A stretch of DNA of 64,000 nt, taken from Lama glama (Eukaryota). Positions 13,271 through 26,419 of this stretch are shown here, piece by piece (the first letter of the stretch is position 1; each line of letters starts with the position of its first letter). The translations under genes were made by a program, and so were the position numbers. The stretch lies in the NCBI GenBank assembly GCA_028534125.1, contig CM052817.1:59708001-59772000 (forward strand), given 5' to 3'. The notes beneath the pieces are model-generated. The model worked only from the letters and a program-made list of their open reading frames with translations, was not told the DNA's origin and ran no database searches.

Positions 13271-15400
13271 TGCTTTTAACAGTCCGGTTATAATGTGTCT
13301 TGGTATTGATCTCTCTTTATGTTTGTCTTACTAGGAATTTTTAAGGTTTTTGGATATATAATTTTGTATCTTTCATCAACTTTGAGACGTTTTTGGCTAT
13401 CATTTTCTCAAATACTATTTTTTGCCCTTTTCCTCTGTCTCATCTCCTTCTGGACTCCTCAGAATGCATATGTTGGTCTGCTTGATGGTTTTTTCACAGT
13501 TCCATTAGGCCGTTAGTTAACTTTTCTTTATCTGAGTTTTCTTTCTTCAACTCAGACTCGATAATTTACATTGTCTTGTCTTCAAGTTCACTGATTCTTT
13601 ATTCTGCCTGCAAAAATCTGCTTTTGAATTCCTTCAACTCCAGAATTTTGGTTTGTTTCATTTTTATAATTTCTCTCTCTTTAATGATAATTTCATTTTG
13701 TTCATACAGTAGTTACCCCTAATCCTGGTTTCATTTTCTGCAGTTTCAGTTACATACAGTTAACTGAGGTCTAAAAATATTAAATCGAAGATTCCAGGAA
13801 TAAATAATTCATAGTCTTAAATTTGTGCTGTTATGAGTAGCGTGATGAAATATTGTGCGGTCCTGCTGTGTCCTGCCTGGGATCCCCTACCATCAACATC
13901 ATCTGCTCCTGAGATCTAGCCATTGACATTTCATGGCTCAGTGATCCAGGATCACCAGAAGCAGATCCTCTGCCTTCTTATTTATTGTCATAGGGTCAAT
14001 ATTATGCTAACATCACATCACAGTCTGTACATCATTCACCTCACTTCATCTCATCATGTAGGCATTTATCATCTCACATCATCACAAGAAGGAGTATAAA
14101 TGAATTGCAATAAGATATTTTGAGAGGGGGAAAGTGAAAAAGAGACTGCATTCACATAACTTCTATTACAGTATGTTGTAATTGTTCTATTTTATTATTA
14201 GTTATTATTGTTAATCTCTTACTGTGCCTAATTTATAAATTAAACTTCATCATAGATATGTATCTATAGGAAAATGTATAATATATGCAGTGTTTGACAC
14301 TATCTGTAGTTTTTGGCATCTACTAGGGGTCTTTGAATGTATCCCCTGGGAATAAGAAAGGACTATTGTACATAATTTTCCTGATTTCCATTTTTTTTCC
14401 TTTGGTGTATAGTTCATCCATATTTTTCTTTAGCACTTTAAGCATACTTACAACAGTTGTTTTAAAGTCTTTGTCTAGTAAGTCCGGTATCTGGACTTCT
14501 TTAGGGTTGGTTTCTGTTAGTTTATTTTGATTTTTTGAATGAGCTGTACTTTTATTTTTGGAAATCAGATTCTCTCCCTCTCCTTCAGAGTTTGATTTTA
14601 TTTATGTGTTTATTTGATTGATCATGGGCTATAATAGTAGTCCATTTTTCCAGCGATTTTTCCTTACTATTTTTGCACAGATGGTATTCCTTATTGTTTA
14701 CAGTCCCTGAAGTCTCTGTTCCTTAGCTTGTGTTTGGCTAGTGCTTTGACAGAGGTTTCCTTGAATGCCAGGAGCTAAAAAATAAAAACAAGCAAGCAAG
14801 CAAGCAAATTACCTTCCCTTTCAGTCTTTGCAGATTGGCCTTGTGCTGGAGCCCTCCTTCACCACTTAGCCAGACTTGAGCTGAGCCTAGATAAGAGCCC
14901 AAATTGAAAGCTTAAGGTCTTCCCTCATCCTGTCTGAGCATGCATCTTACTATCGGCATGCACGTGGCTTTCTAATTTCCCTTTACCCACCCCATATTGA
15001 TTGCCCAGATTTTTCCAAGAAAAATCTTTCCCAGCTATTTCTCTCAGGTCTTAAATAGTCTGTTTTATGTCTCAACTGTGAACTACTGCCTCAGGCACTT
15101 GCAAATTTTTCTACGCCTTACAATGTTGTCAAGCCATGCTCACCACTTTTCTGGCTTGGGTGAGTTCTGACTTAGGCAAAATAGAGATAAGCAGGCTGTG
15201 TCAGTCCTTAATGTCTCTCCGAGACAGGTTAGAACAGATGCATACAATAATTTGTAAACAAGGTCTACTCTTCTTCCTCTGGAATGAAGGGCCAGGTCCC
15301 ACATAGGAAACATGGGCTACTGTCTTCAAGACTGTTGCTAAAAGAAGGAATGGGTCAAGGGCTAGTGAAAATGGTTTCCTTTGCTTTCGTCTGTTTATAA
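13270..15400 (-). mobile_element. Old L1 ORF1 and 5' region, interrupted by MER44
   Basis: Antisense ORF1 motifs 'ttataatgtgtcttgg', 'ttgtcttcaagttcactgattctttattctgcctg', 'gttgttttaaagtctttgtctagtaagtcc'. Confidence 0.7.
13707..14368 (+). mobile_element. MER44 / Tigger7-family MITE, longer subtype
   Basis: TA|cagtagttacccctaatcc ... ggaataagaaaggactattg|TA. Both ends are homologous to 8792-9271, but the interior differs. Confidence 0.88.
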
Positions 15401-16034
15401 GCCCCAGACCTGCAGATCTGAGATTATTATGGTTTGTGTTTTCAGATTTGTGAGTATACTCTGTCACTTAATTTTGGGTTACTTGTGTGATTTTGTTTGT
15501 TATCTTACTGTTCTGTCTTGTTTTTTCCTTATGGGAATTTAAAGAGTTAAAGAATTAAAAAAATTGAAATGCCAGTGTTGCTGCCACTGCTACCATCTTC
15601 TCAAGAGTATAATTATTTTTAAACTAACAAATATGAGTTAGTTTTATTTGATTAAATAGATGTAATACACTATACAAATTGTGTCAGCAAATCAATCAGA
15701 CTTTATTACATGTCCACTATATGCCACTATATAGGTTGGAGTATGGCAAACCTGGTTCAGGTATTTGTAATTAATGTTGTCCTGGACTTGACTGGACTAA
15801 TAAGAATTAGCAGAAACTGCTATGATAATTGCCTAATACAATACAGATGAAATGGAGGTGAGAAATCATATGGGAAATGATAGGTCAGTGAGACTTTTCT
15901 CCTGTACTTATCACACCATCCCCTTTATCATTGCTGTGATTTTAAAAAATGACTTATAAGTTTCTCTGTGTAAAGTTTATTTCTCAAGATTTTGTCCTAT
16001 CTTCTGCTTAGAATCTTTTTTTAAAAGATCTTTA

Positions 16035-16335
16035 CATGTTGCCTCATTCTTATTATTCAAGAGTCACCTCAAAGTTGACCTATTCATGACAGATTTCTCT
16101 GTTCATCCTAGTCGAACTCTTCTCCTAATTATCCAAGAACACAATATTTATTTTATTATTATCTCTTATTAAACTTAGATTATTTCTATTTTGAATGTAT
16201 TTGTTGACATGTTTATGATTTGTCTTTTCTCTGTATAATGTAGGATCCTTTATGTTAGAGATTCTTTCAGTCATGACTACCAGTGTGTACCCAGTTTTTG
16301 AAAATACATATACCTGAAAATATTTGTAGTGTTTC
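16035..16335 (+). mobile_element. L2 3' fragment
   Basis: 'ctcattcttattattcaagagtcacctcaaagttgacct...aatgtaggatcctttatg...accagtgtgtacccag'. Confidence 0.45.
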
Positions 16336-17234
16336 ATTTCTCTAAAATATAATATGTTTTGCCACTAATATTTCTTTGGACCAATTGATGTTTTAGTTTC
16401 TTGAAGTTATTTAAATAGGCACGCAAAAACCGTACTACTTAAGCAGTAAACCAGGCTTCATGCCTGAGCAATTTTTAAAGTTTTGAATACAGGTTTTCAT
16501 GAAGTAAATATTAGAAATGTAACTGTGAGTAGCATTAGATAGCAATTGAATTTTATCTTTCTTTTAGGAAGACTTTCATATTATAAAGAAAAGGGAAGGG
16601 AATGAGGGCAACATATGATAACGAGTTGGCTTATTCTAATATAATATCTAACTTTATGTTGTGATAAATAAATCCAAACAGTACCTTTTATCTGGTTGTT
16701 TTTGTAACGAAGTGTGGTTTCTCATAAAAACAACAACAAAATACTCACTGGGAACTAGATAATACTCAGTTTTCAATATTTAAAAATATTTCTAAAGCAT
16801 AGAGAAGCTTTCTAATACCTAAAATATTACTGAAAACTGTGAGTAAGGTTATGTACTTTCTCTTTTGAGATCAATCTTGTGCTTACTGGACATCACATAT
16901 ATGAGAGATAAAATTCTGTTTTGTATGTTTTAACTTTTTCCACAAGCCACCCATTTTTGTCTAATAGCCATGATAGACAGTAAAATTTGTGTCAGTTGTG
17001 CAAAAATGTTAATTTGTAGCCACAGATTATGGAGGATAAAAAACCCTTTGGTTATAATTTTTCAAAAGTTAAAATGTCAAGTAAAATTACTTTCCTTTTG
17101 ATATATTGAAATATTGATCTTATGGTTATACTTGTTCACAATATTACATTTCTTCTACTAAGGATCCTCCTTTGTTTTAAGTTAATTCATTTATTAATGT
17201 TCATATTTAGGAACATATGCATTTTATTATTTAA

Positions 17235-17381
17235 AAAATTTTATTTAGTTACTTATTTTCATGGGGGAAGGTAATTAGATTATTTATTTATTTGTTTATT
17301 TTTTAATGGAGGTACTGGGGATTGAACCCACGACCTTGTGCATGCTAGCCAAGCACTCTACCACTGAGCTATACCCTCCCC
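17235..17381 (-). mobile_element. tRNA-derived SINE (camelid Vic-1-like)
   Basis: Minus strand reads GGGAGGGTATAGCTCAGTGGTAGAG...GGTTCAATCCCCAGTACCTCCA (Pol III A and B boxes), then an A-rich tail. Degenerate flanking repeat atatgcatttta / atacacatttta. Confidence 0.9.
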
Positions 17382-17721
17382 TCAAATACACATTTTAAAT
17401 GGTTAAATTTCATATGAAGATAGCTGAGGAAAGAGTTTTTTCTCAAATTTGTCATTTTTGTTTTTTCTTCTGAGATTATAGTTTTAAATATTTGACACAT
17501 TTTTGAATTCTGCCTTATATGTATATTTTGTGGATTCCTTACATTAGAGTTAAGAATTTTAAATACACAACAAACTGTTCTCTGCCTTTTTCTATGTACT
17601 TACATATTTGAAAATTTAAGTATTAGAAAAAAATTCTATTTTAAAATTATCTGGTTTTACTAACTTAGCCACACCTTATGTTGAAACCTTACATCCTTCT
17701 GATTGATGAGATTCTCAACCT

Positions 17722-17920
17722 AATATGTGTATGTGTATTGCATATATATTATATATGTATGTATTAACAAATTACATGTAGATCTGTACTATAAACCAGT
17801 ATATGTATGTTGTATACAAGTATACATATACTGCCAGCATATATACATGCATAGATGTGTATATATGTTTATACAAGTGTGCACAAACACACGTACATCT
17901 CTTTCTCTCTCTATATATGG
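17722..17920. repeat. Degenerate TA/TG/CA low-complexity tract
   Basis: Alternating purine-pyrimidine runs; source of ORFs 17727-17930 and 17803-17994. Confidence 0.75.
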
Positions 17921-19081
17921 TCTACTGTGATTTGGTATGTCACTATACTTTTCATATTTCAGTAACTAATGCACTGGAAAAATCAAAGCAGTGAGCTTTG
18001 GAAAGAGCCAGCCAAATCACATGCTTAATAAATGATGAACAAGTGGATGTTTTTTGTCTGGGATCAAACAATTTGGAAGTGGCTAAAACAATGAAATCAT
18101 TGCTCTGTAGCCAAATACAATCTAGCCAAGGTTGTAAGACTGTATGCTATTTTTAACTTAAAAATGGCTAAATCATTATAATTTTCTGGAACATACATAT
18201 ACATACACAAAACCTTGTACTCTCTCTCTGTACAGCACTGAGTCTTTCTATGTTAGATAAAGTGTAAAAGAGGATTATGACTATGCTGTCAGGCTGAGCT
18301 AGTATTACCAAACTTTGGATCTAGTATCTATGTAAGAATATTTATATTTGAGAAAAAAAGCATTTCTGTAGAACTTTAAAATGAATTATGCCTAACAAGA
18401 AATGTCAAGTGCCTGGGGACAAGGTCAATTTGAATTTATATTGTTATGATTTTAATTCTGAAAATTTAAATCATTTAGAGAAATTTATAACATTATTAGT
18501 CTTTTAAACTTGTCATATTTTGTTAAAACCGTATTTAAGTTAGTGATGAAGTTTACCAACAATCAGAATATTTAGGCAACAGATTAGAGCTCTTTTAAAC
18601 AAGAACACAAAATAAATTTGAAACTAATTTGAAGTTTGCTCTTCTTACCTTTCCTAGTAAGGTTACCTGTATTTCAAGGTACTCTCACTCTTTTTTGACA
18701 AATAAAATGATATACACTTGCTTTTTAACTCCCATTCGTACAAACCATTTGTTTACAATGATCATTTAATGATCATTAAGTAAGTTGAATTTATCTGTTA
18801 TATATTTTTCCCATTCTTAGCAAAGTAAATCCATAATACACGATTTTTTGTATGATGATAAGGTGAAGGTTAGGATCATTTCCTAAAATGAAAACAACAT
18901 TCATTAAAGACATATTTACAATACAATATTAAATAGGTAGTTAACTTTTACTGTTAAATTTCTGGGATACAATATTTTCAAGTATGACATTTTAAATATA
19001 TTCTAAAGATATATATTTATTTGATAATTCTGTATTTAAAAACTCTTAAGAATATAGATCTTTCTGGACCTATGGAGATCC

Positions 19082-19428
19082 TGTTGATCTGAAACAAATA
19101 GACTGCCAGATATTTCTCCAGCAAAGAAAGGTTTTTCTCAGAATCAGCAGAGACTTGTATTTTAGGGTCTGCAACCATGGCAAGTCACATGCAAGTCCCT
19201 TCATGACAAAGAAAGATTAACTCTTTTATACAGAGAAAAAGGACGTTGGGAAGACTACAGTACACTAGAGTCCATGACTTTTCATTGACTGAGTCATAGA
19301 CAGGAAAGACACAGAGTATTTCTTCTTGTTGGGCTCTACTATTGCTACAGGGCATGAGAGTTCCTCCTTCTGGTCTACCAGCTCTACCTAATTGAGGTCT
19401 CTGTTTATTAATTTTTTTTTTTTTTACA
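19082..19428 (-). mobile_element. ERV-type solo LTR, about 350 bp
   Basis: TG...CA termini ('tgttgatctgaaa'...'ttttaca'), LTR-like composition distinct from the flanks, no clean TSD. Confidence 0.6.
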
Positions 19429-19479
19429 GTATGAAGATTTGTTAAGATAGGCCTGGAGATAACATGATCATAAATAATT

Positions 19480-20050
19480 TTAAGACATCCTTGATAATTC
19501 CATTATATAGTTGTAGATAAGGTATTAGATAAGGGAACAATCTGGTAAGATCAGAAAAAACTTTTGCTTACTTCATGGTGTAAGTGGCTCAAAAGGGAGT
19601 TCTTAAAGTATACAAAAGAAAAGCAGAGGGACCAGCACAAATTAAAACAGGCATGACAGGTTCAAGGAATGAATGATAAGCAGTTTAGGGTGGTTAGCGC
19701 ATAGGAAGCGTATCAGTAAAGGTAAATATGTAGATGACTCTTAGAGCAATAATGAGCTTTTGTGCTATGTTTCTTGGAGAGGAGTAAGCAGTTACATTTA
19801 TATCGTACATATTGTACCTCACATATTTGTACTGGATGCATTGTACTGAACCAATTATAGAGAATTAAGAAATAGAAAGAGAGCTTGAGATGAGTTAAGA
19901 AAAACTCAGATATGTAAGTGTCACAGACCTGGAAGTGGATAAGCTCACTTGGGCAGAGAATTGGAAAGACACAGAAACTCCTGGAGAACATCAATATTTT
20001 AGGAGTTGCCTAAAGAAGAGGAACAGGGAAGGAGAAATGGAAAGAAAATT
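19480..20050 (-). mobile_element. L2 internal fragments
   Basis: Purine-rich antisense L2 pattern, e.g. 'ctggagaacatcaatattttaggagttg...gaagaggaacagggaaggaga'. Confidence 0.4.
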
Positions 20051-20488
20051 TGAGCATACTGGACTGGAAACTGAGAGTGTACATTAACAGTACTTAATTG
20101 GTATTTAATAAACTCAATAGATTTTTGACTATGGTTATGTATGAATTAAACCAAAAGTGATAACTTTATGTTACTTACTAGATTTTTATGCAGTTTGTTA
20201 CTCGTCATTTATTACCAATCAATTTATTTCTGTTCCATCAATCACAAAGGTGGTTTATATAATGATGGACAGAGCCTTGTCAATTTCATTTGATAATATG
20301 AAAAGTTACACCTTTTAGAATAAATATATAATGCCTTTCCTGTATATTTCTTCCTTTATATACTTGTATATCTCAAGTAATTGTAATTTCATATTTTGAG
20401 TTATAATTGTAGCATACATCTATATACACAGAAAGCTTTGCATAGGTGATGTTTTCCTTTGTTGAAAAGTGAGTAAACTTATTAAAGT

Positions 20489-21023
20489 TGAAGGGGAGGC
20501 AGAATTTATCACTTCAAAATATGCCTCTTTGGCATAAGGATCATTTTAAACTGGTTATTTTTAAGAAACAGCAGACATAGCTCTGAAAACTGAGTATAAG
20601 TTACCCTTTTGTAGGGCATTTACATGTATAATGACAATCTCCGCTTGTGAGCATTTCTCCCTTACTGTATCAGGAAGAGGAGGATGACCAAATCTGAATT
20701 TCTGGAAATGCTTATCAAAGGAAAAGGCAAGTCTTACATCTGCATGACAACCTTACCCTTTTTCACTCTGCTTTCCTGGGATTCTCCCATAAGTGGCCCC
20801 CTAACCCACAACATTTTTCTTTTGTATTTCGCTGAAAATGATATTTAAAGTGATAGCCTGAGACAGTCTAAGCAGTTTTCTTGGATATCTCCCATGTATA
20901 TAGGAGGTATAGCTGTTATTAAACTTCTGTTTGTTTTTCTCCTGTTCACTTGTCTTTTATTTCAGGGGATATCTCAGCAAGAACCTAGAAGGGCAGAAGG
21001 AAAATTATTTTTCCTCCCCAACA
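20489..21023 (+). mobile_element. ERV1 solo LTR (MER34/MER39-like)
   Basis: Begins 'tgaaggggaggcagaattt...aaaatatgcctctttggcataagga' and ends 'aaaattatttttcctccccaaca'. AAGT lies on both flanks, with a one-base ambiguity on the right. Confidence 0.8.
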
Positions 21024-21329
21024 AGTCATAAATGCAAAACATTGTAGTTAAATTCTAGTTAAAATCTTTTGTAATAGAGGCATGCTGATTTCCTAAGGGA
21101 CTAGTCTTAATTAACTATCAAAATTTTGAATTTTGAGATTTTTATTTTTTGCTTTCTTTGTCCTTTTAGCATTCAATAGTCCCTCTTCCTTGAGTCCTCA
21201 CCAGCTTGCAGTGTTCTCAAATGCTTTCTGTTCTTTCCCTTGCCAAATCTTACCAAATCATGCTTCCATCTAGTGATCAGAAAGTTTAGGACAGGTATAC
21301 TTAGACCTAAAATAATGAGATATAACTAT

Positions 21330-21545
21330 GTAAAGTAATAACATAAGAGAAGTTTTGAGTCACACAAACCTAAGGTTAAATTCTGACTTTACACTTACTT
21401 GGCTATTTGACTTTTGGCAATAATTTAACTTTTCTGGGCTAGAATTTTTTCCTCTGTAAATCAAGTAATTAAACTTAGTTACAAAATGTGTATGAAAAGC
21501 CCAGCAGAATGCCTGGCAGTTTGTAGTCAATAATCATGTGTTAAT
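21330..21545 (+). mobile_element. MIR SINE
   Basis: 'aacctaaggttaaattctgactttacacttacttggctatttgacttttggcaa...cctctgtaaa...cagaatgcctggca'. Confidence 0.7.
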
Positions 21546-21569
21546 TTAACTCCCCCTCCTTCCTTTCAG

Positions 21570-21633
21570 AAGTTTGTGCATTTCAATAGAACTTGGCCCT
21601 TCAACACTAAGGAATGAATCTCTGCTTTTGCAG
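21570..21633 (+). other. Candidate 64-nt exon
   Basis: Branch-like 'tttaac', polypyrimidine tract 'tccccctccttcctttcag|', donor 'CAG|gtgaga'. Confidence 0.2.
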
Positions 21634-22175
21634 GTGAGAGTGATGTTTAGGGATGGGAAACCTTTCTACCACCTCTGAAATGACACATCTGCTCTGTTTT
21701 CTTGGGAGGCCAACATGGTCTGTCTTGTTGCCAACTCAATGAAAGGCTTTAAAAGCTTGCCAAAACGTTTTCTCCTAGGCATTTTCCCTTAGGCTTCTAA
21801 TGCCAAGTGACTTTTTAAATGTGTGACCTTTGATATTGACTATTTTTGAAAAAATTCTTTATAGAAGGGTACCACAAGCAGCAAGCAACCCTGTGATTCT
21901 AAATCTCTTGCTAAGCAGATAATTCTCATCTATCTGAATTGTATTTCTTTTAAACTACCGTTAATGGTGTGGTCTGGGAAGCCTAATTTCTCTCTGGACA
22001 TAAGAAAGAAATTCTATAAACACAGCAAATATTTTAAGACAGAAAGGGGGTAAAAGAAGAAAGATTTAATTAAGCTTACAGCTTTTACCTAGCTTTTCCT
22101 AATGTTGTTTATAAGCAACAAATTGCCTCTGAATTTATACCTATACTGTTCCACATTTTTTATACTGGGTCCAGT

Positions 22176-22778
22176 GGTAACCAGAGAGTAGTTTCTTGTC
22201 TCATCGCAGAAAGATTTCGGAGTCAAGACATGGGGGATTAAGAAAGTAAAGTGAGCATTTATTAAGTGATAGGATGATCTCAAGGGGAGGGTGGGCAGAC
22301 TGAGGTGAGTAGGTGCTCTGAGTTTCTTTGTCAGGCGGGTCACATGGGGTGTAAAAATGAGTGGGTGAAATAGTCATTGGGGAGGCAGGGGATTTGGGCC
22401 GTATTTCCTGATTTTCACCCCAGCTCTACCTTCCCAAAGGGAGGAGGGATTTTTGCCCTTATTTAGTCTTGATAAGAAGTCATAGCATTGGTGCATGATG
22501 GGTAATTCTTATCTGCAAGGTTAATTTTATTGTAATGAGAGCATAATGAGCGAAAGTTTACATTTGGACACAGAGAGTTTCCTGCCTTTTCCCACCTTTC
22601 TTTGTCTTCCTCTAGGATCCTTTTCACCTCAAAATGTGTGGTTTGCTCTCAGTCTGGAGGTTCCTGCTTTTCTTGGTTTGCCTAAGGACGCATGTTGTTT
22701 ATAAGATGTATGGTTTCCTGCCATTTGGCCTGTGCCTCCCTTTCTCTGCTCATATCTAGCTTTCTGCCTGCTCTAACA
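22176..22778 (-). mobile_element. ERV solo LTR, about 600 bp
   Basis: '(g)gtaaccagagagtagtttcttg' ... 'tgcctgctctaaca'. Near-TSD cagt/cagc. AATAAA on the minus strand near 22258-22263. GC-richer than the flanks. Confidence 0.75.
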
Positions 22779-23559
22779 CAGCCTCCCTTTTTAATCTCAT
22801 ACTGTTCCAAGAACTTGATTTAGGTAAACACACCTTACCTCTCCGTTTTCTGGGCTTTTATCCTTCACCTGGGATACACCCCTATTCTGCCAAGTTCTCA
22901 CTATAAAATTATTTTCATTCCACTTTCAGGCAGTATGTCACCTTTACTCACTTATATATTCGTAAGTTCAAATAAACACAGACAGATAAACAAAAAAAAG
23001 CTATTATAGAGTATTATATGCCAGTTGCTGGGTTATAGACTAATAAATGAAATGTGGCTCTTTTTCTGAAAAAGGTCACAACTGCATACATACAAAAAAG
23101 TTAATGTAATGGGAGAAATGTGAGAATAGAGGCATATTCAGAAACTATCCAGCAGTGTTCGACTAGGTTCTGGAAGCTCCATAAGTAACATAAGTATAGT
23201 TGAATGAGTTCTTAAAAGATAAATAATTTATTAGGTAGAGAATGGAAAGGATTCTGGGTCTGGGGAGGTAGAGTCATGGAAGACCATAGGTCTCCAAAAA
23301 AAAACCACCTTAACAATCCTGACTCAAAGTAAACACCTCTGGAAATTTTTATGGGTTTTCCCCTCTTTTTTAACCCATAAGCCTTTCTTTTTCATAGATA
23401 AAAAATATTTATCTAGATTAGATATTTATGTTCCATTTTTAACTGTTCTGGTGAGTAGTAAATTTCTTGAGACTAAAGACTGAGTCTTCTCTACTTTTTA
23501 TTACTCTTTAAAATACCCATAACTGAGTCTTGTAATATTTATTGATTTGTTTGTTTACA

Positions 23560-23790
23560 TATGTATTTATTTATTATTTGCTATGTACTAAGAATTATGC
23601 TAAGGTACAGATAGACATTTTTATGTCCTTAACTCTGACTATTACTCTTTGAGGTTAGATACTATCATTACTTCCACTCGTAGTTAAATAAAGCAATGCT
23701 TAGTGGGATCAAATGACTTTCCTAAGGATGAATTTATCTCAAAAAGCCTGACTATAGAGCTATAACTCTAAATAAATATGTTATCCTACC
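23560..23790 (-). mobile_element. MIR SINE
   Basis: 'actctttgaggttagatactatcattacttccact...aaatgactttcctaagg...cctgactatagagc'. Confidence 0.6.
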
Positions 23791-25548
23791 TTCACGAAGA
23801 AGTCATTTTACATATATTTGCTAAACTCTAAATGAAGAAAACAATTCTTAAAAAATCAAAATAATGCAATTGAATAACTCTATGAAGGAAATATCAATGT
23901 ATGATAATGTACATTGTAAATGCAGAGAAAAATTCTGGACAACCTGAAAATAAATGGAGCAGTAAAATATTTTCAGAGATGATTTTACCACCTTGTATTA
24001 CATGTTTTTAGGATTCAGGTGTTCATACTCTGAAGGTGCCATCTGGCATGGTCATTTTCTAGAAAACAGTTGCTGTAGCTAACTCTCCCTGGTCAGTCCC
24101 AGAGGAAGCAGGTGTGATCGGGGAAGGTTGGAAAAGCATTTGGAAGAGCAAGAGAATATAAAGAAGTTTGCCAATCACTTGTAAATTTTTTCAGGTCTCC
24201 AAACTTTTTTGTTGCCAGTGTCCTGGTTTTAGTGGAAAGAGATCCAGAATTCATGATCCTTGTGATCTGGGTTTCTGGCTCCCATATGTTCCAGTGAATT
24301 TGCAACAATGATGTGGTATGGTGAGCATCTGCCTTTTAATTCAGCTTTCTCTTTCCATTTTAGGAACATCAGTGCAGTTAATTAGAGGTGTGGCAGGGGT
24401 TAAAATGCTAGCACATGCTGTAGAATTATGTTATTGGTGCAGAGTGTGCTGGAAATAGGATGGGTAGAAAAAAAATCCAAGTCTTCTCGTTTCTCATTAA
24501 AATCCACATGAAAACATATGAGGTGTGACACTTAGAAAACAGGAATGATTGAACAATGTACTCAAACTGGTTTATTGGCATGAGTGATGTCCCCTTGGCA
24601 GTAGTTATCATAGTAGCCAAAAAATACAGTAATACCGCCATTGCTTACACTGTTTGGGGCTCCTTCGTAGGCGACATCTTTGCATTCTGTGTGATGTACA
24701 TTGAATAATTCTCAATAGTGGCAAATCTTCAAATTTAAAGAATCAGTTCTGCTTTTGCCTTTAGAAGAATTTACAGTGTGCCAATTTCAGTGAATAAAGT
24801 GGGTGATCAAAGTAGAAAATATGATTTCTGGACAGAAACAAAGCAAGATTACAAAATAATGGAACCAAAAAATAATTGTGCCTTGTAAATAGGCTTGGTT
24901 TATTCCAAAAATAGGCTTGTTTATTCCACACTTCTAAATGTATTTTGAGACACTATGGCATCCCTGTAGTATGTATTTTCCAATTGTTAGTTGAATGTAT
25001 GGATTCTGGTATATGTACATAAACAACAATTTTCTATTTAAATTTATATTCAAAACTAATATTTTAAACTTTTGTTGTTCAGTGATATTGTACATACTTT
25101 AAAACTTTTCATCTAGAGTTTTGAGAAGTAAAGAGGATAAATGTATTGAGACCTAAGAAATTTACATGCAAATCAAAAAAGACTGAAAAAAAAACCATTT
25201 AGCACTTATCTAGGAAAACAATGTGAGTTAATTACCAAGAAGAGAGTCAGACTCATCACATTAGTATTTTGTGAATGCTATTATGGCATTGTATTAATTA
25301 TTTTTATTTAATTCTCATCACAGCTTTGTGTAGTAAATATTTTAAGTTTTAGTAGATGAAAGTTTCAACAGTATTCAAATCAGTCTGTCTGATTCCAGAG
25401 CTTTTGCTCAATTCTAACACAGTACCTCTTACATTCCCTTCATTAAAAGAGAGAAGAAAGAAGAGAAAATGTAGAACCATGATTATTCTTAGTTTTCATG
25501 TTTTTACCTTGTTAATTGAATGTACCTGAGAGGGAATTATTTCTAAAA

Positions 25549-25590
25549 TCTTACTACTTAAGGTGTGGCCAGCGGACCAGCAGCATCATG
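25549..25590. mobile_element. MER5A-like hAT fragment
   Basis: 'ctacttaaggtgtggccagcggaccagcagcatca' resembles the MER5A terminus. Confidence 0.5.
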
Positions 25591-26419
25591 CTATTTAAAA
25601 AAATTTTTTTTGAACTCCTTAATTCACACATTTTAATTTTTATTAATTTCTATCTAGAATTATATGTAACTAATTTTTACTTTCTAATCAAGATACTGTT
25701 TCCCACTATACATCACTTGTGTTTCACTACAAATGATTTCAGTAGGAATAATTATTTAAATTCAAATAGTGTTTATACTTGATATTATTTATATCCAGTA
25801 TAACTCTAAAAGAAGATTTGAAGATCTGCCTAGCTTATGATTAAAAAGTATAGCTGCAATAAAGCCAAATATAGTCATCCCTAAAATGGGCCAAGTTGGC
25901 CAGAGTTAGATAGTGGATTAGTAGGAAATATGGGGCTGTTCTATAAAGAGATTGGCAACATTACCTTGCAGATAGGATTTTGCTAGTCCTTCCACCAATA
26001 CTATCACCACTTTACTTAGACATGAGTGACGTATTATGCTTCTCATCCAGGGAAGGAGAAAAAATCATGTTGATTGAACTACTGAAAACTTAAAAACAAA
26101 AAGGTAGTTGCCTTATTAAGCACAAATGTAGCAAGTGGGTTTTTTTTTTGATGTAATATAGATTATCCCCCCCCCCCATTTATTTATGTGGACTATTTAG
26201 ACTTCTACAAGTAGTAAAATTAAATGAAAAATGAAGGTTACGGCAAGTCAGGAAAGGGTAGGAATTATTTTTAGCTGAGATTACAAGAAAAACAGGCCCT
26301 GAAACCTTAAATTTATGTCCCAATAGTCAAATAGCCAGCAAAACCCCAATCTTCCACATTTAAGTCCTCTGTACTTTCTACTGTTTTATGTAACCTGCCT
26401 TATCTTCCACCTCAGAAGC

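Noticed and set aside
17300..17381. tRNA-like sequence
   Set aside because: It is followed by a SINE body and A-rich tail and has no convincing cloverleaf, so it is a SINE.
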